Shown here: piece by piece, positions 48,036-57,909 of the stretch
Layout: every line of letters begins with the position of its first letter
Position numbering within the stretch: the first letter of the stretch is position 1
Assembly: GCA_014729085.1 (NCBI GenBank)
Contig: WJKM01000004.1
Location: 4,345-68,344, forward strand
Source: Candidatus Dojkabacteria bacterium
GTDB lineage: Bacteria > Patescibacteriota > Dojkabacteria > B142 > WJKM01
Direction: 5' to 3'
DNA length: 64,000 nt
Program-made: the position numbers and the translations under genes
Notes under the pieces: generated by a model
Seen by the model: the letters and a program-made list of their open reading frames with translations, nothing else
Databases searched by the model: none
What the model was told of the DNA's origin: nothing

Positions 48036-48434
48036 TTATTTATAACAAAATTTAGTTTTCATCCCATCTACTACAAAACAAGCATTTGATATACACTCCA
48101 GATTATTCTTTTCACAAAAATCAAGTGCCTCATCAGACTCGGAACCTGGCTGCATCCAAATCATTTCAATACCTAGCTGTTTACATTCTCTTATAACATT
48201 AAAAGATATTTCAGGAGGGACAACTGTAATAACCAAATCAACTATAAAAGGGATCTCCTTTAAGTTCGAGTAACAGGTACTTTCTTCTATTTGTTTATAT
48301 TTTGGATTAACTGGGACTACCTTATAATCAGCCTCTAACAGTTTATCAAAAATTTTTCTTCCCCACTTATCTTTATCGTTAGATACACCAACGATAGCTA
48401 TTTTATTATCCTTGTTCAAAAACTGATTGTACAT
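48036..48434 (-). CDS. CoA-binding domain protein (YccU/YneT-like)
   Basis: IAIVGVSNDKDKWGRKIF...KVVPVNPK...ITVVPPE matches the CoA_binding_2 pattern. Confidence 0.65.
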   Translation of the reverse strand: MYNQFLNKDNKIAIVGVSNDKDKWGRKIFDKLLEADYKVVPVNPKYKQIEESTCYSNLKEIPFIVDLVITVVPPEISFNVIRECKQLGIEMIWMQPGSESDEALDFCEKNNLECISNACFVVDGMKTKFCYK

Positions 48435-48540
48435 TGTACCAATTATGTAAATAAAATCGGGATTATATTGTAAAATAGAAGGTGCAATAGATATGTTATA
48501 TTTTATAACTTATTTCTAAGAATTTCAAATAAGACGAACA

Positions 48541-49863
48541 ATGTACAAAGTTGTAAAACTAGATCACAAAGGTCGTGGTATATATTTTGACTCTAATTCC
48601 AAAAAGAAATTTTTATTCTGGAATGCCTTGCCTGGGGAGCAGGTGAGCTATACTTATAGCAAAAATAAAAAAGGAAACAAAATTTGCATTGCTAATAAAA
48701 TTAAAAACAGATCTAAAGATCGAATAAAACCATTAGAACCAGATCACTATATATCCTGTAGTCCATGGCAGATTATGAATTTTGATTTTGAAAGTAAAAT
48801 TAAGAAAAAAATTGCAAAAGAAAAATTAAAATTTATAAAAAACTCAAGAGAAAAAAATTTAATATCAAATTTACAGATCTACTCAAACGGACTTTCGCAA
48901 TTTGCGTATAGAAATAAGATTGAATTCAGTTTTTATATAGATGACCAAGATAAACTTCATCTTGCTTTTTTTAGAAGAGGCACACATAAAAGTAAAATTC
49001 CTATTAAAGGTTGTCAACTTGCAGAAGGGGTTATAAATCAATCAGCTGGTATTATTGTAGATTGGTTAAATTCAGAGATTAAGACTCATCTGAATACAAA
49101 GCAAAAACAAATCGGGAGATATTTTAAGACCCTTATTCTAAGAAGTAATAATCAAAACGAATGTATTGCAGCTTTATACCTTAGAAAAAAAATTTCATTC
49201 AAATCTTTTCCTAAATTAAACTCATCTTTTCTAGGATTCCATATTTATTATTCCGATCCAAAAAGTCCTGCATCTGTGCCTACAAAAATTTTATATTCTA
49301 ATGGCCAAAATTATCTTGAAGCATCGATTAATAAAACAAAATTGCAATTTGGTATCAATAGTTTCTTTCAAATAAATATCCCAGTATTTGAGCAGGCTCT
49401 AAAAGATATTTCACAATTCCTTCACAAAGACGACCATATTATCGATTTATATTCAGGAGTAGGTGCGATCTCTTTGCCGAACAACAAATCATACAAAGAG
49501 TGCATCCTAGTTGAAATTAATAAGGAAGCTATAAAGTATGCAAATTTAAATATAGAAAATAATAACATTTCTAACTGTAGAACTATCCTAGCACCTTGTC
49601 GGGAAGTTGTAGAATTATTTCACAAAAAACATACAGTCATATTAGATCCACCTCGAGAAGGTTTGCATAAGAAAGTTGTAAAAAGCATACTGAATATCAA
49701 ACCAAAAAAAATAATTTATCTATCTTGTAATATTAATTCACAAATAAGTGATTTAAAGAAGCTAGAGACAGCTTATGGTATTACATTCATTAAGTTATAT
49801 AATTTTTTTCCCCGCACACCCCATATAGAATCTCTCATCATTCTAGAAAAAGGAATAGTCTAG
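48541..49863 (+). CDS. TRAM-domain RNA (uracil-5)-methyltransferase of the RumA/RlmD/TrmA family
   Basis: N-terminal TRAM-like OB fold. SAM motif IIDLYSGVGAISL. Catalytic VILDPPREG. No 4Fe-4S cysteine cluster. Confidence 0.75.
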   Translation: MYKVVKLDHKGRGIYFDSNSKKKFLFWNALPGEQVSYTYSKNKKGNKICIANKIKNRSKDRIKPLEPDHYISCSPWQIMNFDFESKIKKKIAKEKLKFIKNSREKNLISNLQIYSNGLSQFAYRNKIEFSFYIDDQDKLHLAFFRRGTHKSKIPIKGCQLAEGVINQSAGIIVDWLNSEIKTHLNTKQKQIGRYFKTLILRSNNQNECIAALYLRKKISFKSFPKLNSSFLGFHIYYSDPKSPASVPTKILYSNGQNYLEASINKTKLQFGINSFFQINIPVFEQALKDISQFLHKDDHIIDLYSGVGAISLPNNKSYKECILVEINKEAIKYANLNIENNNISNCRTILAPCREVVELFHKKHTVILDPPREGLHKKVVKSILNIKPKKIIYLSCNINSQISDLKKLETAYGITFIKLYNFFPRTPHIESLIILEKGIV

Positions 49864-52124
49864 TGTATGGGATCCTTACCTTCCTCCAAAATCATAGAAC
49901 GATAAGATTTAAGCATACTGTCAATATAGTCAATCAATTTTGATTGTTTCTTTTTTACATTTGAATTATAGACCGATGCATATTCAGCAGCCTCAAGAGC
50001 TAAAGTAAATCTATCCATTCCATTCTGAATCAAAATATCAAATGGTGTTGTCATGAGGCCCTTTTCGTTATAACCGTGAATAAGAAAACGTGCAGCAGAA
50101 TGATGATTAAATATTAATGATTTAATATCTTCTTCATATCCGTGATAGTTGAATATAATTGGTTTATCATTTGTAAATACTTCATCAAAACGCATTTGAT
50201 TAATCCGACTTTTAAAATTATTATCACCTATACCAAAACAAGATATTTGAGCAATATTCACAATTCTTATATTAATTTCGGGTATAATTTTCTTAAGAAT
50301 CAGTCTTGCAGCAATCACCTCATTCATGGCAACATCACCGCAACCAACCATAACTACATCTACGTTATCATCACTTACAAAATCCCAAATTAGTATATCT
50401 TCGCGTAGCTGTTTTCTCGAACTTTTCAAATCAAGCCATTGAGGTTGACTACGATTACTGGTAACAATTAAGTTGATTTTATTCTTTGAACTAATACACT
50501 CTTCAAAGGCTGTTAAGGTTGTATTGACATCTACAGGAAAGTAAACATCGATAAAATTTGCATAATTATTCAAGACGGCTGAAACGAAGCCTGTATTTCT
50601 ATCTGTATCGCCTACAGACTCTTTGTCAATAAGGACAAAATTTAAAGATGGATATTTATCTCTCCAATTAAGGTTTCGAATACTATTTAAAAATTCAGTA
50701 TATTTGTCAACCATACTTATCAAATCTTGTGCATATGATTCTTCAGTAATATAAATACCATTCCTACCCGTTTGTATATAACCAAGGAACCAACCAAGAA
50801 GTGTTCTTGGATTTAAAATTTCAACTATTTTACTTTTGTTATTAGCAAAACTAGAAACATAACTATCCAATTTTTCAAAACCTAGATTTGTTAAATTGTC
50901 AAATGCAAAAACTTTAAAATTCCGGTTGTTTTGATTTTTATCTATTACCTCCATAATATATTCACTAAGCTTATCGGGACTTTTATACTTCTTTTTATTA
51001 ACTTCAATTTTAAGATCTTCCAATGAAGGTAAGGTTAGATCCTTGCTTTTTTGACCATATAGTCTTTCATTTACCCCCAATCTCATATTCTCTTTAGGTA
51101 TAAACTCTTCGATATCATTAGATAGTCTATAATCATTTTTAACTACTAAATTTTGAAACTCAAATCCTTTTAACCATTCACTTACTTCAGATATTAATTC
51201 CTTATTGTTATTTTTCGAGATTTGAGAAAAGTTACTTTCTTTTCCTAAATTAGGTCCAAACCAATTATGAGGAATCTTCAAGATTATCATCGGTGGGTTA
51301 AATTCATCTGAATTTTGTTTTGAGCCCATAATTTTTTCCTGAATTTTTTTGTAAGATGCTTCTACTGCTGCAAGCATAGGTTCGAATAATTGATTCCCTT
51401 CCACCAATATCGGTTCATATCCAAGACCTTCAAACTGCTTAATCAGTTGATCGTTCGTATACTTATTGTATACAGAAGAAATTTCTTGTTCTTGATTATT
51501 TATATAGATTATTGGCAAAACATTTCCATTATTCTTAGGATGAATCAACTTATTGCTTTTCCAAGCAGCTGAAATATTTCCAGTTTCAGCCTCTTTGTCA
51601 CCAATAATGCAAGGAATAACAATATCTGGATTATCTAAAGCTGCGCCCCATGCAAGAGATAATGAATCTCCTAACTCACTTCCTCCTGTGATTGTACCTG
51701 GGATTGAGGCATTAAAATAGAGAGGATTGCCACCAGGCCAATTAAAATCATGCATTAGATTTTTATATGCTAATAGTCTCGTTTCTTTTTCCTTTGCATT
51801 GAAATTATATCTATTGTAAATCTCGCCTAATGTTCCTTCAACAAAAAGATTGGAAAGTATTGAAGGAGTAGAGTGTGTAGGCCCGACTACTAGAAGAGTT
51901 TCGAGTTCGTACTGTGAAATTACATAATTGAGTATTCCCCAAATAAAATTTACTGTTGAAATTGTGTTCCAGGAAACTTTAATATTATCCTTGAAATGTT
52001 CAGGCTTTAGTTCATCTTCAAGGAAAAAATTGCTTTTTAGAAGCAATTGACTGGCGCTTAGATAATTAGTAAGTTTAAGATATTTGGTTAACCACTCAGT
52101 ATAATTTTTCGTGTTGTTGTCCAT
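49860..52124 (-). CDS. xfp: xylulose-5-phosphate/fructose-6-phosphate phosphoketolase
   Basis: GGSELGDSLSLAWGAALDNPDIVIPCIIGDKEAETG matches the XFP signature. 754 aa, TPP enzyme. Confidence 0.85.
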   Translation of the reverse strand: MDNNTKNYTEWLTKYLKLTNYLSASQLLLKSNFFLEDELKPEHFKDNIKVSWNTISTVNFIWGILNYVISQYELETLLVVGPTHSTPSILSNLFVEGTLGEIYNRYNFNAKEKETRLLAYKNLMHDFNWPGGNPLYFNASIPGTITGGSELGDSLSLAWGAALDNPDIVIPCIIGDKEAETGNISAAWKSNKLIHPKNNGNVLPIIYINNQEQEISSVYNKYTNDQLIKQFEGLGYEPILVEGNQLFEPMLAAVEASYKKIQEKIMGSKQNSDEFNPPMIILKIPHNWFGPNLGKESNFSQISKNNNKELISEVSEWLKGFEFQNLVVKNDYRLSNDIEEFIPKENMRLGVNERLYGQKSKDLTLPSLEDLKIEVNKKKYKSPDKLSEYIMEVIDKNQNNRNFKVFAFDNLTNLGFEKLDSYVSSFANNKSKIVEILNPRTLLGWFLGYIQTGRNGIYITEESYAQDLISMVDKYTEFLNSIRNLNWRDKYPSLNFVLIDKESVGDTDRNTGFVSAVLNNYANFIDVYFPVDVNTTLTAFEECISSKNKINLIVTSNRSQPQWLDLKSSRKQLREDILIWDFVSDDNVDVVMVGCGDVAMNEVIAARLILKKIIPEINIRIVNIAQISCFGIGDNNFKSRINQMRFDEVFTNDKPIIFNYHGYEEDIKSLIFNHHSAARFLIHGYNEKGLMTTPFDILIQNGMDRFTLALEAAEYASVYNSNVKKKQSKLIDYIDSMLKSYRSMILEEGKDPIH

Positions 52125-52447
52125 GGGCAGATTGTTTAATATTTATTTCAAAGATATTTATATAAGTGTATCAATTATAAAAAATATTGTCGATATCTAA
52201 AAGCTTTGGTCTCTAAGTCTGATAATATTTTATAATGAGCTTCGGACGAATTTCACTTGAAAATTCCAACGCAAATTTATATTATTACACTGTTTCATCC
52301 ATATATTTCATAAAATCAAGGTTCAAAGCTAAATATCTAACTGAAAGCTATCTTTAACTAAACATGGTCAATCTAAACAATTTCTTATCTTAATTTTATA
52401 CCAAACTTAAAACTATTAAACTTTATATACTTTCTAATTAACAAATC

Positions 52448-53371
52448 ATGATTAAAGTAAAAAATCTTACTAAAAAATTCAAACAAACGGTCGCAGTTGA
52501 TGATATATCATTTGAAATAAAACAAGGAGAAATTGTTGGTGTCTTGGGCCCAAATGGTGCAGGTAAAACTACAACACTAAGAATTCTTGCAGGATATTTA
52601 TACCCTGATAAAGGACAAATAACTATGCAGGATCAAAACTTCTTAAAAAATGACAATGAATTGAAACTCGATATTGGATACATGCCAGAAAATAATCCTA
52701 TATATAAAAATATGTTAGTTAAAGATTTGCTACTTCTTACCTTAAATTTAAATAATATACCCAAAGATAAACATAAAGAAAGGATTGATTATGTTTTAAA
52801 TGCAGTTGATATAAAAGATAAATATTATCGTCCCATTTCTGAACTTTCTAAAGGTTATAAACAAAGAGTGGGGCTTGCTCAGGCATTAATAAATGACCCT
52901 AACATCCTAATTCTAGATGAACCTACTGAAGGACTCGATCCTAATCAAAGAGCAGAAATAAGATCGCTTATAAAAGATGTTGGCAAAAAAAGAACTGCCA
53001 TTATCAGCACACATGTTATGCAGGAAGTAGAAGCTATGTGTAATAGAATAATCATCATTCACAAAGGAAAAATTATTGCTGATGGAAAAAAAGAAGAAAT
53101 TCTTAAAATGAAGGAAGAAGGTGACCGAATTAAGCTTGATATCGAAGGCAAAGGGATTAAGAAAGCTATTCAAAAAATTGATCATATAAATGTTTTACAG
53201 AGTAAAACTAAAAAAGGACGAACAAAAATGGAAATTGAATTACTCAAAGAGGCTGAAGATAAGGTATATGAGGATATCTCAAAACTAATAGCAAAAAACA
53301 AATGGGTTTTATACAGACTCGAACCGATGCAAAATACTTTAGAAGAAATATTTTATAAACTCACAAAATAA
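52448..53371 (+). CDS. ABC transporter ATP-binding protein (ABC-2 type)
   Basis: Walker A GPNGAGKTTT, signature LSKGYKQRVGLAQA, Walker B ILILDEPT. Confidence 0.85.
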   Translation: MIKVKNLTKKFKQTVAVDDISFEIKQGEIVGVLGPNGAGKTTTLRILAGYLYPDKGQITMQDQNFLKNDNELKLDIGYMPENNPIYKNMLVKDLLLLTLNLNNIPKDKHKERIDYVLNAVDIKDKYYRPISELSKGYKQRVGLAQALINDPNILILDEPTEGLDPNQRAEIRSLIKDVGKKRTAIISTHVMQEVEAMCNRIIIIHKGKIIADGKKEEILKMKEEGDRIKLDIEGKGIKKAIQKIDHINVLQSKTKKGRTKMEIELLKEAEDKVYEDISKLIAKNKWVLYRLEPMQNTLEEIFYKLTK

Positions 53372-53396
53372 ATTTTAAATTACTAGAAAAATAATC

Positions 53397-55655
53397 ATGC
53401 CTAAAATAAATATTAAGAAACCAAATCTTAAGATTCACAAAGTTTTTTTCTCAAATCTGAATTCTTTAATTTTTAAAGAACTGAAATCCTATTTTAATAG
53501 CCCGATAGTTTACATTGTTGCATTTGTTGGAATCATTTTTCATTTCTTTTTCTTTTTATTTTTAGGTGCTTTTTTCCAAAATGGCGTATCTGATTTAACT
53601 ACTTATTTTGAATCACTGCCATGGATATTTTTATTAATGGTTCCTGCTTTTACAATGGGATCCATTTCTAAAGAAATCAATCAAGGTACAGATGAATATA
53701 TACTTACTAAACCCGTTAAAACCATTGAGTTTGTGTTAGCAAAAGTTGTTGCAGCATTTTCTTTTATTTTAATTACATTACTTTTTGAACTACCAGCTGT
53801 TATTACTATTATCACAGCCGGTGATTTTGACATTGGCAAGCTCTTTACTCAATATCTGGCTGTTATTTTTGTTGCTTTTTGTCTTACAACAGTAGGAGTG
53901 TTTTACTCAAGTGTAGTAAAGAATCAAATCGGTTCATTATTACTAACCTTACTCTCAAACTTTATTATTCTATTTATTGGAAGTAGGGTAGTTACATTTG
54001 TTTTACCTCTTTTTCTTGCCCCATACATTGAAAGAATCAGCTTAATTACCCACTTTGAATCCATGCTTAAAGGAGTAATAGATTTACAGGATTTAATTTA
54101 TTTTACGGGTTTTGCACTATTTTTCATAACATTGATTTATTACAAAATAAGTACAATAAGACTTCCAAAAAAAAGTATAAAGTTAACAAAATTAAGATTT
54201 ACAACACTACTATTATTAGTAATCATATTTTTTATTACTGGTTTTGGACAAAAGATACCTGGAAGTATAGATCTGACTAGAAATAAAATCAATACTTTGT
54301 CGGAAGTAAGCAAAGATATTAGCAAAAATTTAGATGAAAAAACTACTATTCAACTTTACTATTCCGAGTCATTACCAGCTGGGCTTCAAACCATAAAAAG
54401 AGATACAATATCTCTATTAAATGATTTTAAAAAAGCTGGTAACGATAAAATACGGATTGTACATAAAATTGGAGATACTACAAAGGCTATGGATAAGGGC
54501 ATCCGTGTGGAAAAACAAGGATCAGGGAATTTATCAACTTTACAAATCTCTGATGTCTATCTTGGGCTTGTTATTAAATATAAAGATCAGGAAGAAACAA
54601 TTGCCTCCATATCCAATACAAATAATCTTGAATATGAAATTACCAGTACACTTACAAAATTATCTAACAAAGATAAAAAAGTCATAGGTATTTTAGATAC
54701 CAAGGTACGAAATACCTCAACTACTGGCTTAACTGCCTTTAAATCTACTCTTGAACGTGAATATACCGTTGAGTCAATTATTTTCGATGAAGAACAACGT
54801 ACTATAGATAGTGAAAAATTTGATGCAATCATTATTTCTGCACCCAACCAAGAAATGTCTGAAGAAATGCAGGGAGAAATTAGAAGATACTTTGATGAGG
54901 GTGGGGCACTCTTCTTTATGGTAGATCCAATTAACGTACAAACCCAAATGATGTTTTCAGCAAGCAGTGTTGAATCGCCATTAAACAATTTTTTTGAAGA
55001 TCTTGGAATTACAGTAGAAAAAACACTTCTCTTTGATCTTAAAAGTTATGCCAGCTTGCAGCATCCAAACTACGTTTTTGGAATCCCATATCCATTTTTT
55101 ACAATTACCGCAAATACAGGAGAAAACAATTCATTTAATAATATTTCAAGTGTAATGCTAGGTTGGGCAAGTTGGATCAGGATTGATGAAGAAAAAGTCC
55201 ATAATATAGAAATTACACCTATACTGCAAACTTCAAATTTTGCTGGTTTCCAAAAAGAAGGTGAATTCAACATCGAAATGGAACAGACCTGGGACAACAT
55301 TAAAGAAAACGAATTAGACCAATATACTGTTGCTGTATCATTTGTTGAACAAGATGACTCTCCTGGACGAGCTGTCTTGGTATCAGATTCCGATTTTCTT
55401 ACAAATCAATATGGACATCTTGAAAGCTACCAGAATAGTGCATTTGGACTTACTTCAATTGAATGGTTGGTTCAAAACGAAGCTCTGTCTTCCATTAAAG
55501 GCAAAAGCAGACAGATAGCTCCTCTTATGGTTAAAAGTCCTGCTCATGCTCTGTTTTTAAATATCATGATGTTTTCTCCGTTTGCTCTAATCCTTCTAAT
55601 AGCAGCTGGAAAATTCATACTAAGAAAAAGAGAGATGAAGAAAGTGTATAAATAA
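53397..55655 (+). CDS. ABC-2 permease fused to a GldG-like extracytoplasmic domain
   Basis: Six N-terminal TM helices (ABC-2/GldF-like), a roughly 450-aa soluble region resembling GldG auxiliary components, and a C-terminal TM anchor. Confidence 0.6.
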   Translation: MPKINIKKPNLKIHKVFFSNLNSLIFKELKSYFNSPIVYIVAFVGIIFHFFFFLFLGAFFQNGVSDLTTYFESLPWIFLLMVPAFTMGSISKEINQGTDEYILTKPVKTIEFVLAKVVAAFSFILITLLFELPAVITIITAGDFDIGKLFTQYLAVIFVAFCLTTVGVFYSSVVKNQIGSLLLTLLSNFIILFIGSRVVTFVLPLFLAPYIERISLITHFESMLKGVIDLQDLIYFTGFALFFITLIYYKISTIRLPKKSIKLTKLRFTTLLLLVIIFFITGFGQKIPGSIDLTRNKINTLSEVSKDISKNLDEKTTIQLYYSESLPAGLQTIKRDTISLLNDFKKAGNDKIRIVHKIGDTTKAMDKGIRVEKQGSGNLSTLQISDVYLGLVIKYKDQEETIASISNTNNLEYEITSTLTKLSNKDKKVIGILDTKVRNTSTTGLTAFKSTLEREYTVESIIFDEEQRTIDSEKFDAIIISAPNQEMSEEMQGEIRRYFDEGGALFFMVDPINVQTQMMFSASSVESPLNNFFEDLGITVEKTLLFDLKSYASLQHPNYVFGIPYPFFTITANTGENNSFNNISSVMLGWASWIRIDEEKVHNIEITPILQTSNFAGFQKEGEFNIEMEQTWDNIKENELDQYTVAVSFVEQDDSPGRAVLVSDSDFLTNQYGHLESYQNSAFGLTSIEWLVQNEALSSIKGKSRQIAPLMVKSPAHALFLNIMMFSPFALILLIAAGKFILRKREMKKVYK

Positions 55656-55687
55656 ATCTGAAAATAAATAACCTAGAATGAATTATA

Positions 55688-55900
55688 TTAATAAAGTGAA
55701 CCGTGTGCTGAATTATTAACTACAGGCATATGTCCACCTTTTCTTGGATCCCTATGCAAAGATCCAGAACTTGATTTTCTTCGGGTATCATAGGGTCCAA
55801 GTCCATCATTTGGTCCCCATCGGTCATCAGTTACATCTCGCCAGTCGCCATGATATGGATCTTCTGACGTTACAAATACTAGATTTTGTTCTATTTCCAT
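55688..55900 (-). CDS. hypothetical small hydrophilic protein (G/D/P/H/R/W-rich), GC-elevated
   Basis: 70-aa ORF whose GC is far above the window average. No signal peptide and no recognisable motif. Confidence 0.3.
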   Translation of the reverse strand: MEIEQNLVFVTSEDPYHGDWRDVTDDRWGPNDGLGPYDTRRKSSSGSLHRDPRKGGHMPVVNNSAHGSLY

Positions 55901-55988
55901 ATTTGAATAATTAAATATAGGTTACTGTATTTAATTATATCATTAAAAGATATATTTTCAATATATATTATTAATATTCATAGGTTTA

Positions 55989-56100
55989 TTGTTACGGAAA
56001 TTGGAAATTTTCTAAAAATTTACATTTTACATACAAGTTGCCGAAATCCTGTTTTACGGGATGAAGGCAAATAATTCCGAGCGTAGCGAGGATTATGTGC
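55989..56100 (+). repeat. copy 2 of the roughly 120-bp intergenic repeated element
   Basis: Aligns with 20942-21065, with one 14-nt indel. The hairpin region carries compensatory changes (ATCCTG-ttttaC-GGGAT versus TTCCAC...GTGGAA). Confidence 0.6.
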
Positions 56101-56185
56101 TTAGTAATTAAAGAAGCTTATATGACCGAAAATCCAACTAATACAGATAATTACTATTGTATGTAAAATGGAATTCCACTTATTA

Positions 56186-57385
56186 TTAGACCGTAAATTT
56201 TCCATGTTCATAAATTACTTTACTTCCTCCATCAAGTAGATATGCTGTTACTTTTCTTTCCTCGGTGGTAATTATATCTGTGTGCTCGGGAGAGTAATTA
56301 AAGCCCATTTTTTCCCACTCATCTTTTTTGACCTTGCGAGCATCGCCTTCAAACGCATCTTTATATGCCATACCAACTGCAATATGCATGTTACCGTTTT
56401 CTCCGCCTACATTTTCATCATACAAAGTATTTGCCATAAATTTAGTTATACGAGAAAATCTAGAATCTGTTAGTGAAAATTCACCAACTTTATTGGCATT
56501 TTCCCTTTTGATCATTTTCTCTAGTATTTCTTGGCCTTCACCAGCTTCAGCTTTTGAAACAAGTCCTTCTTTAAATTCAATTCTTATATCTCTTAAAATG
56601 TTGCCATAGCGATACAAAGGCTGATTAAAGTAAATATAGCCTTCAGTGCCCCTCCAATCTGGCGATGTAAATATTTCGTAACTTGGAATGTTTCTACCAT
56701 TTCCGCCTAACCATTGTCTTCTTGGGCCAATTTTTACCTTTAAATCAATGTTTTCACCTTTAGCATGTACATAATCAATATCCAAAGAATTTAATTCTTT
56801 CTTGATTCGTTCTTGTTCGTTCATTATTTTCTTCCATTCCTCCTTTGGGTTTTCCTTATCAAGATAACAGGCGTGGATAATTTCCTGCCAATATTCTTCT
56901 AAACTCATATTTGCTTCTTTTGCCATACCTTCAGTTCCATAAAGACCCATTGTCCATGTAAATTTACCACGTCTTTCTTTTTCATCGAGCCACTCACGAA
57001 CCTTTTTACGTGCATCGGCTGATTTCATAATCTTTTCCGGATTAATATCTTTCAATTCCTGAGGATCAACTTCTGACAACACTCCGATTTGATGATCAAT
57101 TAAATCGCATCTTGCCTTTTGATATTCTTCTGGAAAAAAAACAATTTGGCCGTCGCTTGCATGAACGAAAAAATCCTTATTAATTCCTGTTGGTATCATT
57201 CTCATAATTGGGTGAGCACCTGCTTTTAATAAAGTTTTATGCAATTCAATTAACAAAGGTTTTGCAACATCATCTACAATACACATAACAATCTCATCTT
57301 TCTTAACTCCTTTTCCTGAGTTTAAAGCAAAGTTCACAAGTAAATCTGCGTATTTTTCTAATGTTTTTTTTGACGGTTTATACAT
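56186..57385 (-). CDS. M29-family aminopeptidase (AmpS/PepS/aminopeptidase T-like)
   Basis: N-terminal LEKYADLLVNFALNSGKGVKKDEIVMCIVDDVAKPLLIELHKTLLKAGAHPIM closely follows the M29 N-terminal consensus. 399 aa. Confidence 0.75.
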   Translation of the reverse strand: MYKPSKKTLEKYADLLVNFALNSGKGVKKDEIVMCIVDDVAKPLLIELHKTLLKAGAHPIMRMIPTGINKDFFVHASDGQIVFFPEEYQKARCDLIDHQIGVLSEVDPQELKDINPEKIMKSADARKKVREWLDEKERRGKFTWTMGLYGTEGMAKEANMSLEEYWQEIIHACYLDKENPKEEWKKIMNEQERIKKELNSLDIDYVHAKGENIDLKVKIGPRRQWLGGNGRNIPSYEIFTSPDWRGTEGYIYFNQPLYRYGNILRDIRIEFKEGLVSKAEAGEGQEILEKMIKRENANKVGEFSLTDSRFSRITKFMANTLYDENVGGENGNMHIAVGMAYKDAFEGDARKVKKDEWEKMGFNYSPEHTDIITTEERKVTAYLLDGGSKVIYEHGKFTV

Positions 57386-57429
57386 TTTTGCAATTTAATT
57401 ACTAAAATAGTTTTCTATTATAAAGGGTA

Positions 57430-57909
57430 CTAATGACTTTCTACAATCTCTAATTTTTCATTGAATTTATTATAAGTATAGACCAGTTCATGTTTCTTTA
57501 AACTTTGCATAATCTTAATATGATTTTTCAAATCCGGATATATATTTTTACTATTCAGAGCCTCGTTATACCCAAGCCAAACGGGTTTCCCAAAAGCCTT
57601 TTCCTGTTTAATTAGTCTGCCAGAAAAATTAGTTGAGGAAAAAATAAAAACTATATAAACTTTTGATTGATATTCATGGTTGTGAGTAGCTATTATCTTC
57701 AATTTGGGATCCCTGATTTTCAAACCTGTTTCTTCTTTGGTTTCTCTAATTGCTGTTTTGGATGGAGTTTCATTAACCTCTTGTTTACCGCCTGGGAGCA
57801 TCAGCCAACCAGGAAAATCCTTTAAATTTTTGTCTCTTTGAACAAACAAAATTTGATCATCTTTTGTTATTAATGTATTTGTAGTACTAATAAAATCAAT
57901 CTTCTTCAT
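57430..57909 (-). CDS. Nudix hydrolase
   Basis: Canonical Nudix box GGKQEVNETPSKTAIRETKEETGL. Confidence 0.8.
   Translation of the reverse strand: MKKIDFISTTNTLITKDDQILFVQRDKNLKDFPGWLMLPGGKQEVNETPSKTAIRETKEETGLKIRDPKLKIIATHNHEYQSKVYIVFIFSSTNFSGRLIKQEKAFGKPVWLGYNEALNSKNIYPDLKNHIKIMQSLKKHELVYTYNKFNEKLEIVESH

Noticed and set aside
20942-56100. The two repeat copies as att sites bounding an integrated element at tRNA-Leu
   Set aside because: The 35 kb between them is ordinary housekeeping (PBP1A, miaA, pflBA, xfp, rarA). There is no integrase, phage or conjugation gene, and the repeat does not include the tRNA 3' end.
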